DNA of 64,000 bases from Octopus vulgaris (Eukaryota), in the NCBI GenBank assembly GCA_951406725.2, contig OX597816.1, positions 100,502,001 to 100,566,000 on the forward strand. The letters run 5' to 3'. Every line of letters starts with the position of its first letter. Positions within the stretch are counted from its first letter, which is position 1. Made by a program: the position numbers and the translations under genes. Below the pieces are notes generated by a model. It was not told the origin of the DNA. It searched no databases and worked only from the letters and a program-made list of their open reading frames with translations. Below are positions 28,263-41,330 of the stretch, piece by piece.

Positions 28263-28420
28263 GTATATATGTATATATATATGTATATATGTATATATAT
28301 ATGTATATATATATGTATATATTTATATATATATGTATATATTTTATATATATGTATATATTTATATATATGTATATATTTATATATATATATATATATT
28401 TATATACATATATATATATG

Positions 28421-28465
<45 letters not shown>

Positions 28466-28715
28466 TTATATACATATATATATATGTATATAAATATATA
28501 TATATGTATATATTTATATACATATATATATATGTATATAAATATATATATATATGTATATAAATATATATATATATGTATATATTTATATACATATATA
28601 TATATGTATATAAATATATATATATATGTATATATTTATATACATATATATATATGTATATAAATATATATATATATGTATATATTTATATACATATATA
28701 TATATATGTATATAG

Positions 28716-28786
<71 letters not shown>

Positions 28787-28795
28787 CACACACAA
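28220..28795. repeat. Compound (TA)n microsatellite/minisatellite
   Basis: TA runs with recurring GTATATATTTATATACATATATATATATGTATATAAAT units. Confidence 0.95.
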
Positions 28796-29449
28796 TCTTG
28801 CATAAATATATGCTGTTATTGGAGTAGAATTCCAGGATTTAAAGACCTTGGAACAGGAAATATAAACCTATAGTTGTGATTATGGTTGTAGTGATAAAAC
28901 TCTTTACTATTCCTTCTATTTAAATCGCTCTAACATTTCTTTCTGTGTATGTACCTTCTCCTTCACCCATCCCTCTCCTCTCCCCTCCTCTCTCTTACTC
29001 AGTCATTTCTATGACTTTCTTTTAGTAGAGTTGTAGATGATTTAGACAAGAAACTTCAACATGCATGTAATTCCTTATATTGATTTTCTTGTTAGGAATA
29101 AGGACAGTATTGAGAACGTTCCCCTCATATTTCTTTCTATCCTATTTATCTTTCTTTTACTCTTGTCTGTCTTTGAAATACTTGTATTACTATTGCTGAT
29201 GATACTTCTATTTCTGCTACAGTTTCATATGTTTCTTCTTCCTCCTTTTCAATATACTGATATTTGTACTCTTTCTCTCCTCTGTCATGAACATTTGCTT
29301 TATTACTATAACATAGTGTAGGTTTATTTGATTTTGGCATCACTGACATAAACAGACACAAACCATTAATTGCCTCTGACTTTTCATAAAATTTCTACTA
29401 AAATTTTGTAAAAAATTATGCTTCCCTGCTATATTTGAATATATATATA

Positions 29450-30040
29450 CAGGCATGAATGTGTGGTTAATAAATTTGCTTCCTTACCACATGGTTTTTA
29501 GTTACCACATGCACCTTGCATGTCCTCTACTATTGTGTGTCTTCTACTCTGGAATAACCAAAGCTTTGTGAATAGATTTTGTTGGCAGAAACAGAAAGAA
29601 GCCCTTAGTATAGGGGTTTCCAGAGTGGTCAATATCAACCCCTGAGTGTCGATGGGACTATTCAAGGGCTCGATAAATGCCTGGAACTGTACATCTACTT
29701 AATTATTTATTTATTTTCTTATACATGCCTGGGGGTTGATGAGAGGTCAAGGATTCCATGAAGGGGTTGATGCTTTAAAACGTTTGCAGACCCCGCCCCT
29801 GCCTTAGTATGTGTGTGCACGCATGCATGCATGTGTGTGCATTTGTGCTTTGTTTACATTTGCACTTCTCCCCAGGGCAGTGACATTGGTATAATTTTCC
29901 CTGTCAACAGGTCAACAAGGCATGTAAAATAAGATATAACTTACTTGAAATATAGTTAAGGGGCTCAAGTTGTGAAATAATGGCTTAATCATATATCCAT
30001 ACAACCCATATTAATGTGAAAACATGGACATAAAACAAAG
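29450..30040 (+). mobile_element. Decayed SINE interrupted by a MITE
   Basis: GTGTGGTTAATAAATTTGCTTCC head, GGCAGAAACAGAAAGAAGCCC core, RTE-like tail near 30000. Confidence 0.55.
29611..29800. mobile_element. Small hAT-like MITE
   Basis: Imperfect TIRs AGGGGTTTCCAGA / TTTGCAGACCCC; GCC(C/T)TAGTAT occurs on both sides (possible target-site duplication, TSD). Confidence 0.45.
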
Positions 30041-30085
30041 ATATGTATGTATGCATGCATGTACATACATACATATAATATATAT

Positions 30086-30127
<42 letters not shown>

Positions 30128-32959
30128 CTTAGAAGAATTAAAAATACTTTTGCATGGCTTTATAAACACTCATTTCTTTCTCTCCTCTCTCTCTTTCTTT
30201 CTCTCTCTCTCTCTTCTCTCTTTCTTTCTCTCTCTCTCTTTCTCTCTCTGTATATATATATATATATATGCACACACACACACACACACGCATATATGAA
30301 TGAGTGGACAAATGAAAGAAAAGGGGGTACTCAAAGCATTAGTAAGATATACATGTTTTATATAGACACACATGTGTGTGTATCTATGTATGTATTTTTG
30401 CTTATGAAGAACAAATTGGCAATTAGATTTTCAGTAGAAATGGTAAGGAATTATATGTACTTACATACAAATGAAAATATATTCTAAGAATATATGAGTA
30501 CATATACAGAAGAATGTTCCTGTTATTATGTCTTGTAAGAAACCTTAGAGACCTAAAGAGACATATACAAGTTTATGAAGTACTGTTAGAAGTTTACAAG
30601 GAATCTTATTGATGTTAAAACAACTCCAGAGATCATGCAAAAAAGATTTTAGATGTTTACAAGGCCTTGTAAAGGAAACTAGCAAATATTTTTATGTTCA
30701 TGATTGTGGTTATAGGCAGGAGTATTCAAATTTTGCAGTGTGGAAGATACATATTTGCCATTTGAAACACAAAAACTGCAATGGAATCATGTTAGTTACT
30801 AGGTTGCAAATGGTGCGTCAAAAGTTTTGACACCAAATAAAGTAAAGTTAAGTGTCTTTGTGTGTTTTTGAATTACTATTATTTGTCTTCCACACTGTAG
30901 TTGTTTTAGTTTTAACTCACCATCTTGGATCAAATTGCTTTCCTGGTAAGTACATCTCTGAAATTCAAATTTTGGTCTATCCTCTTAAACAAATCATTTA
31001 CCTATTGCCTCAATTGCTCGAAGTTTAAATAAGTTCAAAATTTCATGGTTTGTAACTCCTCAAATATTCTAATTTATTGATCTATCTGAAAATTTGTATT
31101 GTAAAATGAAAGAAAAATAGAGAAAAACATGAAGGAAACCAGATGGACTAGAAGAAGGATAATATTACAAACTTTGTTAACCAGCAAACCCAAATAAATG
31201 ATCATTAAACTCTGTGTGAAGGCATTAATGTAAGTTTACATGATAGAGGAGGAATGCCCCTAAATCAGTTCAGTCATAAGGAAGAAGAAAAAATTTAAGA
31301 GGTTGTAACAAAAATAGTAGATTCTATGAAATGGAAGTTAGTAGCTTCTTTTTTTTTTTTTGACAAAGTTTTACTGTGTAAACATTAAAGGTATTCAAAT
31401 ACATAAAACTTGACCTAAGTTAAACAAGTTCTAGTGCAGAGTATCGTAAAATAATTGTGAAATGCTTCAATAATGTATCTAGCATACCTACCTGTTTAAG
31501 TTCTGAAAAACTACAGGAAAGTCTCTATTTCACAATGCTCTCATGGATCTGCAATGGTATTCACCAAATATTTTGTCCATGACAGCATCTGCAAATCATG
31601 GATAAACCCATGACCTTATGAGTTAATATTGAAAATTTGACAATATCATACATCACAATATAAAAAGCAAACTAGGTGTTAATGACATGCTAGTTGAGAA
31701 TTATTATATGTAAAAGGAAAAGAAATACAAGAACATCTCTGTGAAATTACTTCCTCTATCAGAAACAGCAGCTCAATCTTTCTTAAATTACACTTTGTTG
31801 TTAAAGACAGGAGCAAATTGACTAATCTGTTCCTGGGTACCCTATGTTCAAGAAGCAGATAGGATGGCCATTGCTAGAATGTCTTTGATCATAGGTTTAA
31901 TTGACGATGGTTGGTCTGCAATAACAGTACTATGTATACTGTTATTACAGTATATTGTTAGTGAGCTATGGATTCAGTGAATAAGTCTTTACATATAATT
32001 CCACTCATTATCATATACATAATGCATACTAAATTTCTTCTCTTGTATTCAATGAATAAAATCTTTTAGTGTGTATACTCAGTGAATATAAATATTTCCT
32101 TTGTGGGGAAATAGCCAAGGGGATCCCAGGTTAACACTATTCTCTATATTTATTTCTTTTCCAAAGTGAATTGGAGCTAGTCAAACACAATCTCAAATAG
32201 TAATAGCTGTGTTAAAATGTCTGAAAGCCAGTAATATCTACATAGTTTTTCTTTTCCTTTCATTATTCTACTTCCTTCCTCCTGTTTTTCCCACTTCTGT
32301 TCTTTACTTTCTCTTCCTGCATCCTCAGTCACATAACTTCCTGTTTTATTTCTTTGAAATTAAACCATTTAATCCACTATTTCTTTCCCCTTCTTCATTA
32401 TCATATTAATTCTTGTACATTATCTAGCTTCATTTCCGATACTCAATATATTTTGCAGCTTCAGTCTTTCTGATAACTATCTTCTATCTTTCTTCCTATA
32501 TCTCCTACCTAAATGCTTGTCTCATTCTCTAATTATTCTCTACTTTCTATTTTCCCCCATGTAAGTGCATATGTATGCATATATGTGTGTGTGTATGTGG
32601 TGTATGTGTGTGTGGTGTGTGTGTGGAAGTCATTGTTTATTCATCTATGGTACACTACATATTTTCATTTAATATATTTTAATTAATGTGTCACACAGTA
32701 CAATTTATTAAATTTTAGGTGTGAAAATACTTATTTTACTACAGAAATAATTAAAATCTAAAAAAATATAAATACCTATTGGCCGCAGAAACCCACGATA
32801 TTCTGAAGATTTGTGATATAATTTAGCCAGAGGAATCTGCAGTGTACTGAGGGCACGATTGGTGAACCGTGATATGGCGAGTGGTTACTGTATTCATATT
32901 CATATTTGTATATATTCATATGTATGTATCTATTATTTGTACTTGTGCATTAGTGTTTG

Positions 32960-33120
32960 TGTAAAAGCACCCATGTGGTGCCCTGTAAAAGCACCCAGCA
33001 CACTGTAGTGATTGGCATTAGGAAGGGCTGTAGACTGCAGTCTGGTACAGCTTGCCACCTCTGGTCGAACTCTCCAGCCCATGCCAGCATGGACAATGAA
33101 CATTAAATGATGATGATGAT
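32960..33120 (+). mobile_element. RTE 3'-tail fragment
   Basis: TAAAAGCACCCA...GGCATTAGGAAGGGC...CCATGCCAGCATGG...TAAATGATGATGATGAT. Confidence 0.75.
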
Positions 33121-33170
33121 ATACATATAGTAATAATAATGATAATAATAATAATAATAATAATAATAAA

Positions 33171-33725
33171 TGCCCTGATGCAGTACCAAACAGTGGCTCT
33201 CATGGCTTCTGATCTTAACTGATTGGAAGTGTTATCATGTACATTGTTTTGTCTTGGTATAAAAGATGGGCTACAGCAAATATTCTGCTCAATACCACAG
33301 ATTTACTTGTTAGTTGTTTGACCTTAACCAGTTGACCATGTCCCTTAGTGTCTGACGATATGTGCATCTCTGATCATGAGCAGAAGTAATGGGGGAGTAT
33401 CATAACCATGTGTTGACAGGAATTCGTAGAGGTTTGGATAATTGACCTTTGGAAACATGGGTGGTTTGTTCAACATCCTTAAACAATCCTTATTCAGGGA
33501 CCTTCTGAGCGGGATGGGTGACTTAACTAGATGAAAATTTTAACTGGGCCCCACCTGCAAGGTCATGTGTTGTTTATCTTGATATGAGATCACCATGTCG
33601 CACACATATGGTTGTGATGCATGTGCCTGATGTACCCTTATCAGATGGGTAGTTATGATGGGTATACTGGGCTTTGTATATTTTGCCCCAGTGTCACTTT
33701 GATGGCATGCACTGCTCTCTCACTC
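33171..33725. mobile_element. ~555-bp non-coding element inserted in an (AAT)n microsatellite
   Basis: Discrete GC-richer block flanked on both sides by (AAT)n. Confidence 0.65.
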
Positions 33726-34324
33726 AATAATAATAATAATAATAATCCATGGATGGGATTTATAAATGTTTTGATGCATTGTTACATGCATGGCCATGAG
33801 TCACATGTTAAGATCATAGTCCATATTCCTGAAATGATTACGGTGCAGTCCATAGTATCTATGGACATTGGGTAGATCATGTTCATGAATTCATTTCTTT
33901 GGGCAATATATATATATAAGCATATTACATTGAAAAAACAAGAGTAAATTTTTATATTATATCTTCATGCATCTTAGACATTTTCTCGTGATAACTTACA
34001 AACATACAAACATTCCTATCCCTGCCTCTATAGGTTCTTGTACATCCATGTCTTCCTCAAAATTGAGAGAACACTAATAAATGTGCGTGTGTTGTGTGTA
34101 TTAGGATTTTGTTTTAGCATATCAATACTATTAACCAGTTGTTGGAACTCAATATGCTTATGCTTTAAGGTCAACTACCAATTGAGAACAGAGCATAATA
34201 TCTATTAACAAAGACAAAACAGAAGTTATGTAATCACTTTCATTAGCTTAAAGCTCTTTCTGCTATAAGAAGCTTGCTCACAGAGCTGAATGCTTGTGTG
34301 ACATCTTTAAATGATATATGTGTG

Positions 34325-34357
<33 letters not shown>

Positions 34358-34422
34358 GTATGTATGTGTGTGTGTGTGTGTGTGTATGTATATATACATA
34401 TATATGTGTGTGTGTGTATATA

Positions 34423-34472
<50 letters not shown>

Positions 34473-34559
34473 CATCTGCATATATATATAGATACATAGA
34501 TACACACACACACTTATATATATACACACATATATACACACACACATATATATACACAT

Positions 34560-34608
<49 letters not shown>

Positions 34609-34611
<3 letters not shown>

Positions 34612-35794
34612 GGGTTGGACAAAATAATGGAAGCACTTTTAATATTCAAACATTTATTTTAATATGAGGTAGGACTGCCTTTGGCAGTAATTGCTGCTTG
34701 GATTCTTTACAAAGTTTGAATTATTTCCAAAGGGATTTTTGTCTATTCTTCAGCTAAAACAGTTTGTTGTTCGTGTAATGATGATGGTGGAGGATATTCA
34801 CTCCTTACTTGTTTTTCTAAAATACACCATAAATGTTCAATAATATTAAGATCTGGGGACTGTACTGGCCAGATAAGATGTTCAACTTCACTAGAATGTT
34901 CTTCATGCCATTTAGTAACAATGTTAGCTGAGTGAATTGGTGCATTATCATCCTGAAAGATTGCGTTTCCCTCCAGAAACAGTTCCGCAACCATAGCATG
35001 AATTTTGTCAGATAAATGCTTAAATAATCTTGACTATTAATTCTACCATGAAAGGAAACTATTAGGCCAGCAGATTTCCAAGATATAGCCCTCCCGCTAG
35101 ATCATCACAGATACTCCTCCATGTTTAACAGTTGGAAGAAGGTAGTCTGGGTCAAATGCTTCTGTTGGCTGTCTCCACATGTATACTCGGCCGGTGGTCA
35201 GAAATAGGTAAAGGATCACTTGTCCGAGAAAATAACATTCTTCCACTGCTCTGGGGACCAGTTCTGTAGGTTTTTACTCCACTTTAAATGCTTTGCAACA
35301 TTTGTTTTTGAAAGTAGTGGTTTTCTGATTGCAGCCCTCCTGTGGAATCCAGCTTTGTGCAGCTCCAGGCAAACAGTTTTTATGGAAACTGAGTGCTTGA
35401 GGTGGTCATTAAGCTCAGCAGAAATTTTGGGAGCTGTACTTTTGTGATCCTTTCTAACAATTCGCGTTCCCTACCTGAAAGTTTTGCTTCAACGAAGAGG
35501 TTTTTCCGTCTTTCACAAAGGCTGTCATTACTTTTGAGACAGTACTTCTTGATACGCCAAACATTTCAGTTGTTTTCGTTATGCTAGCACCTGCCATACG
35601 AGCACCAACAATTTGACCTCTTTGAAAGTCCGATAGATCTGTCATTTTAATGAATTTTAATTGCCTTTTTCTGATTAAGCAACACTAATAATAAATCAAA
35701 AAACAAAAATAAACAAGCTTTTGATGGTTTTATAGATATTTCAAAATTATGATGCTATGATGCTAGGTGTTTCAATTATTTTGTCCAACCCCTA
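34609..35794 (-). mobile_element. Full-length Tc1-family DNA transposon with a disrupted transposase
   Basis: TIRs CATGGGTTGGACAAAATAATGGAAGCAC / GTGTTTCAATTATTTTGTCCAACCCCTA, flanked by TA. Peptides MTDLSDFQRGQIVGARMAG, VIFSDK-like, FQDDNAPIH and WPVQSPDLNIIEHLW. Confidence 0.95.
34660..35645 (-). pseudogene. Tc1 DD34E-type transposase pseudogene
   Basis: ORF fragments 35454-35645 and 34743-34994 separated by frameshifts and stops. Confidence 0.9.
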
Positions 35795-36085
35795 TATATA
35801 TATACCCCCACACATAAGATTCGGTTGAATTAAGTACTTAAATTGAGGCACCTCATTAGGTCAGAATAACATGCACACACAACAACAATATTATGCAAAT
35901 ATGAAACATAAGTACTGGCCAGATGATATTCCTGCAGTGTATGTAGATAATTAGACCCAGCTGAGTGGAGAAATCTTCTCTTGAGCTGTTCAGACATGTA
36001 CATTATATTAAATATATGACCCATAATATTTACAAAGGAAAGATTCCAAGATAGATGAATAAATATAAATGAGTAACAGTTGTGA

Positions 36086-36441
36086 TGTAGGTGTCAATTC
36101 ATTATGGCTATTTCTAACAACTCCTTTAATTGATTAATGTAAACATTACAGTATTGCAAAGAAATCGTTTTCATCAGATAAATTCATGAACTTCAAAATA
36201 AAGGACTTTGGAAATGATTTAACATAGTTAAAATCTATGTAGCAAGAACAGTTAGTGATTCTGCTACTATTTCAGTTGACAGAAATCCATGGATTATAAC
36301 TATATTAAATCATTTCAAATGTCCTTTATTTTGAAATTCAGGAAATCAGTGGATGAAAACAGTTTCTTTACAATGATGTAATGTTTTCATTAATCAATTA
36401 AAGGAGTCGTTAGAAAAGGCTGTAATGGATTGACACCTGTA
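36086..36441. repeat. ~355-bp imperfect palindrome
   Basis: AGGTGTCAATTCATTATGGCTATTTCTAACAACTCCTTTAATTGATTAATG / CATTAATCAATTAAAGGAGTCGTTAGAAAAGGCTGTAATGGATTGACACCT; spacer about 36240-36287. Confidence 0.93.
36097..36183 (-). ncRNA. Hammerhead-like motif, left arm of the 36 kb palindrome
   Basis: Minus strand ATTTAT-CTGATGA-AAACGATTTCTTT...AAAGGAGTTGTTA-GAAA-TAGCCA-TA-ATGAAT; stems I and II pair. Confidence 0.62.
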
Positions 36442-38307
36442 CCTCTACTATTACTCATTTATGTGTGTGTGTGTGTGGATCAGCATGCATGCAGTTGTCA
36501 TTTACTTACTTTCTTTCTATTAAATTCCATTTGCAAGGATTTGGTCACTTTGTGGTTACAGTTAAAGATACTTTCACCAGATATTGCAAATTATGATAGA
36601 ATTCAGAATTACGTGGTTATTAAGTTAAATTTTGAACCATGTTGTTTGACTTGAGCTTATGTCTATTTAATTTAATTGTTCATGCATTCATACACATGTT
36701 TGTATATTTACAGAAAATTTTGTATATACATGTATGTGTGTGTGTGAGTATGTGTAGATATGCCTTCATGTCATGTATTATGGACAAATTAGCCATCCCT
36801 CCTATTTGTCGCTGTTTTTTAGTCTAGGTCAGTCTTGTTTAAAGAGACATGTGACCAAAATATTTCTAGTCACACTCATCCACCTGTTTTGCATATCAGG
36901 AACTACATGAGGCCCAATATATCCTTAATATTTTGTAGATTTTAAGGATGGGATTTGAGAGAAATTTAGCTCATGGATGAGGTGAATTCAACACAGCAAG
37001 CCAACAAACCACTTATAAATTTTAGTTCTGTCACATCTAGCATTGATTAATTTCTTTTTCTTTTGTTATCTGTTTTTTAGGTATGTAGACATAGGTCATT
37101 TGAGAATTGTCTTAGCTGCCAACCATACACTTCATGTTTATATACATGTGTGTATGTGTATATGCATACATGTGAGGGTGTATGTATAATGTACATTAGA
37201 ATTATAGGAAACTGTTAAAATTATAATCAACTAGGTATCACTGTGTTAAGATCCAATGGAGCCAAGAATTTATTTTGACTAAACTAGTTAAACTGTTATA
37301 ACTACTTAATATAATTTTCAAAACCACAACTGCTATCTCTGTTGTAACTGATGCCAACTTCTAATTTGGATGATTATAGAACTTATATTTTGTGTCTGTG
37401 TGTTCTTTGTATTCTTCCTGTTGTTGCTACTTCATCTTTACGTACTTATTTTTGGAATTGTGTCTCATCATGCTCCTCTCATCATGTGGTTGAAGTTTGA
37501 ATATCAGTCTCAAAGAAGCTAACTGTAGTATTTTGACTTCATGATTAGAACTCCAGCCTCACACTGTAACCTACCAACAAAACTAAAAGCAAAAATGTTG
37601 ATTGATCATTATAATGACTACTGCTTTACAAAAGGAACATTTAGATTGGAATAAATCAAAAACAGGTGAATCTCAACAGATATTAATTTTTATGATGCTC
37701 ATTTAAAATATCATTCACACAACATATAAACTGTGAACATTTATAAGAGATATAGGTAGACAGAAACTACTAGCAAACGGAATATTACTTTTGCTACTGT
37801 TTCCTTTTCTTCTAACAGGAAAAAAATCATTAATCTTTACATTCTATTCCATCTTGACTTCTTTACCATCTTCAGCTCACCAAAATAATTCACACAGACT
37901 CCTCAATAGATGTATATGCATCTGTGCACATATATTGATTCTGAATATACACACATCTTACTTCCACATCTCTTTTACTATCTGCCAGCATCTTAGCTAT
38001 ATCAAGTCTCTGAGTCTTCCTCCCTTTCTCTTTCAAACGTATTAAAACTTGGTCCTAAATATTAACTTACAAACCTTCCATTTATATCTACAGATACACC
38101 TAAACATAAATATGTAGACACACCAATGGGTAATGTGTTACTTTATATACTTACAAGAATCAATGCACTGACTCCTACTCATAAGAAAAATTACAGCTAT
38201 ATTTGTAACTGTTTCATTCAGTCACAAATGATAAATTAAGTTATATGTATCTGCTATTGTCACTCATTTTTGTGAGCATATTTTTAAGTGTGTATGTGTA
38301 TGTATGT

Positions 38308-38509
38308 GGAGGCGAGCTGGCAGAAACGTTAATATGCCGGGCGAAATGCATAGCCGTATTTCGCCAAGGTCAACTTTGCCTTTCATCCTTTCAGGGTCGA
38401 TAAATTAAGTACCAGTTACGCACTGGGGGTCGATGTAATCGACTTAATACCTATGTCTGTCCTTGATTGTCCCCTCTATGTTTAGCCCCTTGTGGGTAGT
38501 AAAGAAATA
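38308..38509 (+). mobile_element. CpG-retaining SINE (MetaSINE-like domain)
   Basis: GGCGAGCTGGCAGAAACGTTA head and GCCTTTCATCCTTTCAGGGTCGATAAATTAAGTACCAG core. Confidence 0.85.
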
Positions 38510-38639
38510 TGTATATGTATGTATGTGTTTATGGGAGGGGGGGTAATTTTTTCTTACAGAAGCAGTTGTTATGATAATGCTTTTATTATCACACATACAT
38601 ATACACATATGTTGTCATTTCTTCATGCCTTATAACTTT

Positions 38640-39055
38640 CATCATCATCATTCAGCGTTTGCCTTCCATTCTAGCATGGGTTGGACTGTTCAACTGGGGT
38701 CTGTGAAGCCAGAAGGCTGCATCAGGCCCAGTCTGATCTGGCAGTGTTTCTACGGCTGGATGCCCTTCCTAACGCCAACCACTCCGTGAGTGTAGTGGGT
38801 GCTTTTTACGTGCCACCCGCACAGGTACCAGGCGAGGCTGGCAACGGCCACGAATGGATGGTGCTTTTACATGCCACTGGCACGGGGGCCAGGCGAGGCT
38901 GGCAACGGCCACGAACGGATGGTGCTACGTGTCACCGGCACGGGAGCCAGGCGAGGCTGGCAATGGACCCGAACGGATGGTGCTTTTACGTGCCACCGGC
39001 ACGGAGGCCAGTCAGGGCGGCGCTGGCAGCGGCCACGATCTGATGGTTCGCTTAC
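38640..39055 (-). mobile_element. RTE 3' UTR fragment with about 4 tandem units
   Basis: Highly similar to 53182-53480. Confidence 0.9.
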
Positions 39056-39427
39056 TTTAATTATGTTAAATTAAATGAAAATGATGCACATTAAATATAT
39101 TTTCATCCTAACTGTATATTTAAAAATATATTATATACATATTTTGTTTAAATATCATTTTATATTGGTATAGATGTGGAATTGTAGGAACACTGTTGTG
39201 ACATTCTTTCTCCCCCCCTCTTTCTCTCTCTCTCTATATATATATATGGAGTGGTTGGTGTTAGGAAGGGCATCCAGCCATAAAAACCAAGCCAAAACAG
39301 ACACAGAAGCTTGGTGCAGGTTCCTCTCAAACCGTCCAACCCATACTCATTGTTCTATGTTTTATATATATAAAACATATATAACTTATATTTAACTTAT
39401 ATTTAATCTTTCTATATGTAATTTTTA

Positions 39428-39612
39428 CAGTAACAATACAGAAAAGTAAAGCTAATTTGCCAAAAGAGTGTTGGCAAATATATGGACACAGACTGTGTCG
39501 ATAGCCAGCTGGAAAAGATGTTTTCCTGGGGCTTAAACAACAGTAACATTGTCGTTTATAGGACCGCCACACTCTGTTGGCATATTAGCTTTACTTTTCC
39601 GTATTGTTACTG
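39428..39612. mobile_element. 185-bp MITE with ~45-bp TIRs and TA flanks (Tc1/mariner/pogo type)
   Basis: TA|CAGTAACAATACAGAAAAGTAAAGCTAATTTGCCAA...TTGGCATATTAGCTTTACTTTTCCGTATTGTTACTG|TA. Confidence 0.8.
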
Positions 39613-39629
39613 TATATATATCTTGCTGA

Positions 39630-39673
<44 letters not shown>

Positions 39674-39896
39674 TACTAATAATATCCAAACATGGCAGTT
39701 CTATGTTTTATCTTATATTTAATCTTTCTATATGTAATTTTTCTAAATGGTATAATTTAATTTTTCATTATTGAATTGATAAAAGGTGGTTTCTTTTCTA
39801 ATTTATTATATATATATATATAATATTTTTTGTGAAATTTGATTTAGTATTTCTAAATTGAATTTCTCCCTGTAAGTTTGGAATAATATTCCCACA

Positions 39897-39929
<33 letters not shown>

Positions 39930-39941
39930 TAATAATATCCA

Positions 39942-40221
39942 AACATGGCAGTTGCCAGCGCCACCTGACTGGCGTCAGTGTCAGTGACACGTAAAAGCAC
40001 CAACCGATCGTGGCCGTTTGCCAGCCTCATCTGGACCCTGTGCCGGTGGTACGTAAAAAGCACCCACTACTCTCACAGAGTGGTTGGCGTTAGGAAGGGC
40101 ATCCAGCTGTAGAAACACTGCCAGATCAGACTGGAGCCTAGTGCAGCCTCCTGGCTTCCCAGACCCCGATCGAAACGTCCAACCCATGCTAGCATGGAAA
40201 ACGGACGTTAAACGATGATGA

Positions 40222-40224
<3 letters not shown>
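39942..40224 (+). mobile_element. RTE 3' UTR fragment with a (GAT)n tail
   Basis: GTGGTTGGCGTTAGGAAGGGCATCCAGCTGTAGAAAC...GGACGTTAAACGATGATGATGAT. Confidence 0.9.
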
Positions 40225-40264
<40 letters not shown>

Positions 40265-40774
40265 ATGAGAAATAAAGGTGAAAATGCGGAAAAAATATAT
40301 TAAAACTAATCAAAATTTAATTATATTTCGAAATATAAAAGTACACTTGACAGGTTTCGCATTGGATTTTCAAGTGTATGGGGCTGCGTTGCGAATTGTG
40401 TCTATTCTGACCGTTGTTTTAAAAATAGCTTGTTTTTTTGAAGTAGGAATATGGCTCAGAATGTTGTATGTATGTATGTGTATGTGTGTATATGTATGTA
40501 TGCATGCATGTGTGTATGCATATACATATATACACGCACTCACATAAACAGACGTACACACACGCAAACATATATACATGCAAAAAGCTTCTAAAATCCC
40601 TTGTAGTTATCTCCCTTATCTCATATTTCCTCCAAATATCTATCCAATTCGCACTTTCAGTTTCCACCGAGCACGATCTGTAAGAGGCTTCAAGCATGTA
40701 GATATACATCATCGTTCTTCCACCGAGATGTGCCATATATTTATGTATCAATAGTACGCTTATATGTGAGTGTG

Positions 40775-40805
<31 letters not shown>

Positions 40806-40894
40806 GTATATTTGTGTGCGTGTGCATATAAATATGTATATGTGTGTGTGTGTGTATATATATATATATAGTGAAGGCGCGTGGCTTAGTGGTT

Positions 40895-41025
40895 AGGTCA
40901 TTTACACACTTATTGCAGTGGCCCTTCAATTTTTCTAAGCCCTGTAAAAGAATATGGAAAGTTCGGCCTCCCACCAGGCCTTTTACGACACCCTTAAAGC
41001 CAGGAACATTTCAGCACCCCCTTGT
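40895..41025. mobile_element. Partial mariner-type MITE, same family as 60945
   Basis: TTTTCTAAGCCCTGTAAAAGAA...CCCTTAAAGCCAGGAACATTTCAGCACCCCC. Confidence 0.7.
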
Positions 41026-41330
41026 GTATGTGTATATATATTATAAATATAGGTGCAGGCATGGGTGTGTGGTTACGAAGCTCACTTTGCAGCCACATAG
41101 TTTCTTGTTCGCCCCCAGTGAACAAGACCTTTCTGAGAGTAAGTTTGATGGACACAAACTGCTTATCAAATGTTTGTGTGTGTGATATTTGGGACTGATG
41201 AGTATATGTCAGTTAGCGTGATGATGTGCTGAGTAAAGCACTGGCACAGTTTAGGCTACCTGCTGTCATCCGCTGTTGGGGTGTATTTCCTTTAGATCTA
41301 CATCAAGAATTCCGCAGTGCTAGTTGAGAT

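Noticed and set aside
28229-28873. YI/IY-rich ORFs (also at 34.2, 48.3, 49.1, 52.2-53.2 and 57.2 kb)
   Set aside because: Translations of TA/CA microsatellites
30480-31370. Possible Tc1-like relic (DLSENLYCKMK resembling DLNPIENLW)
   Set aside because: A single weak motif; no TIRs identified
32800-32892. pogo/Tigger-like TIR end (CGAGTGGTTACTG|TA)
   Set aside because: No matching opposite TIR found by eye
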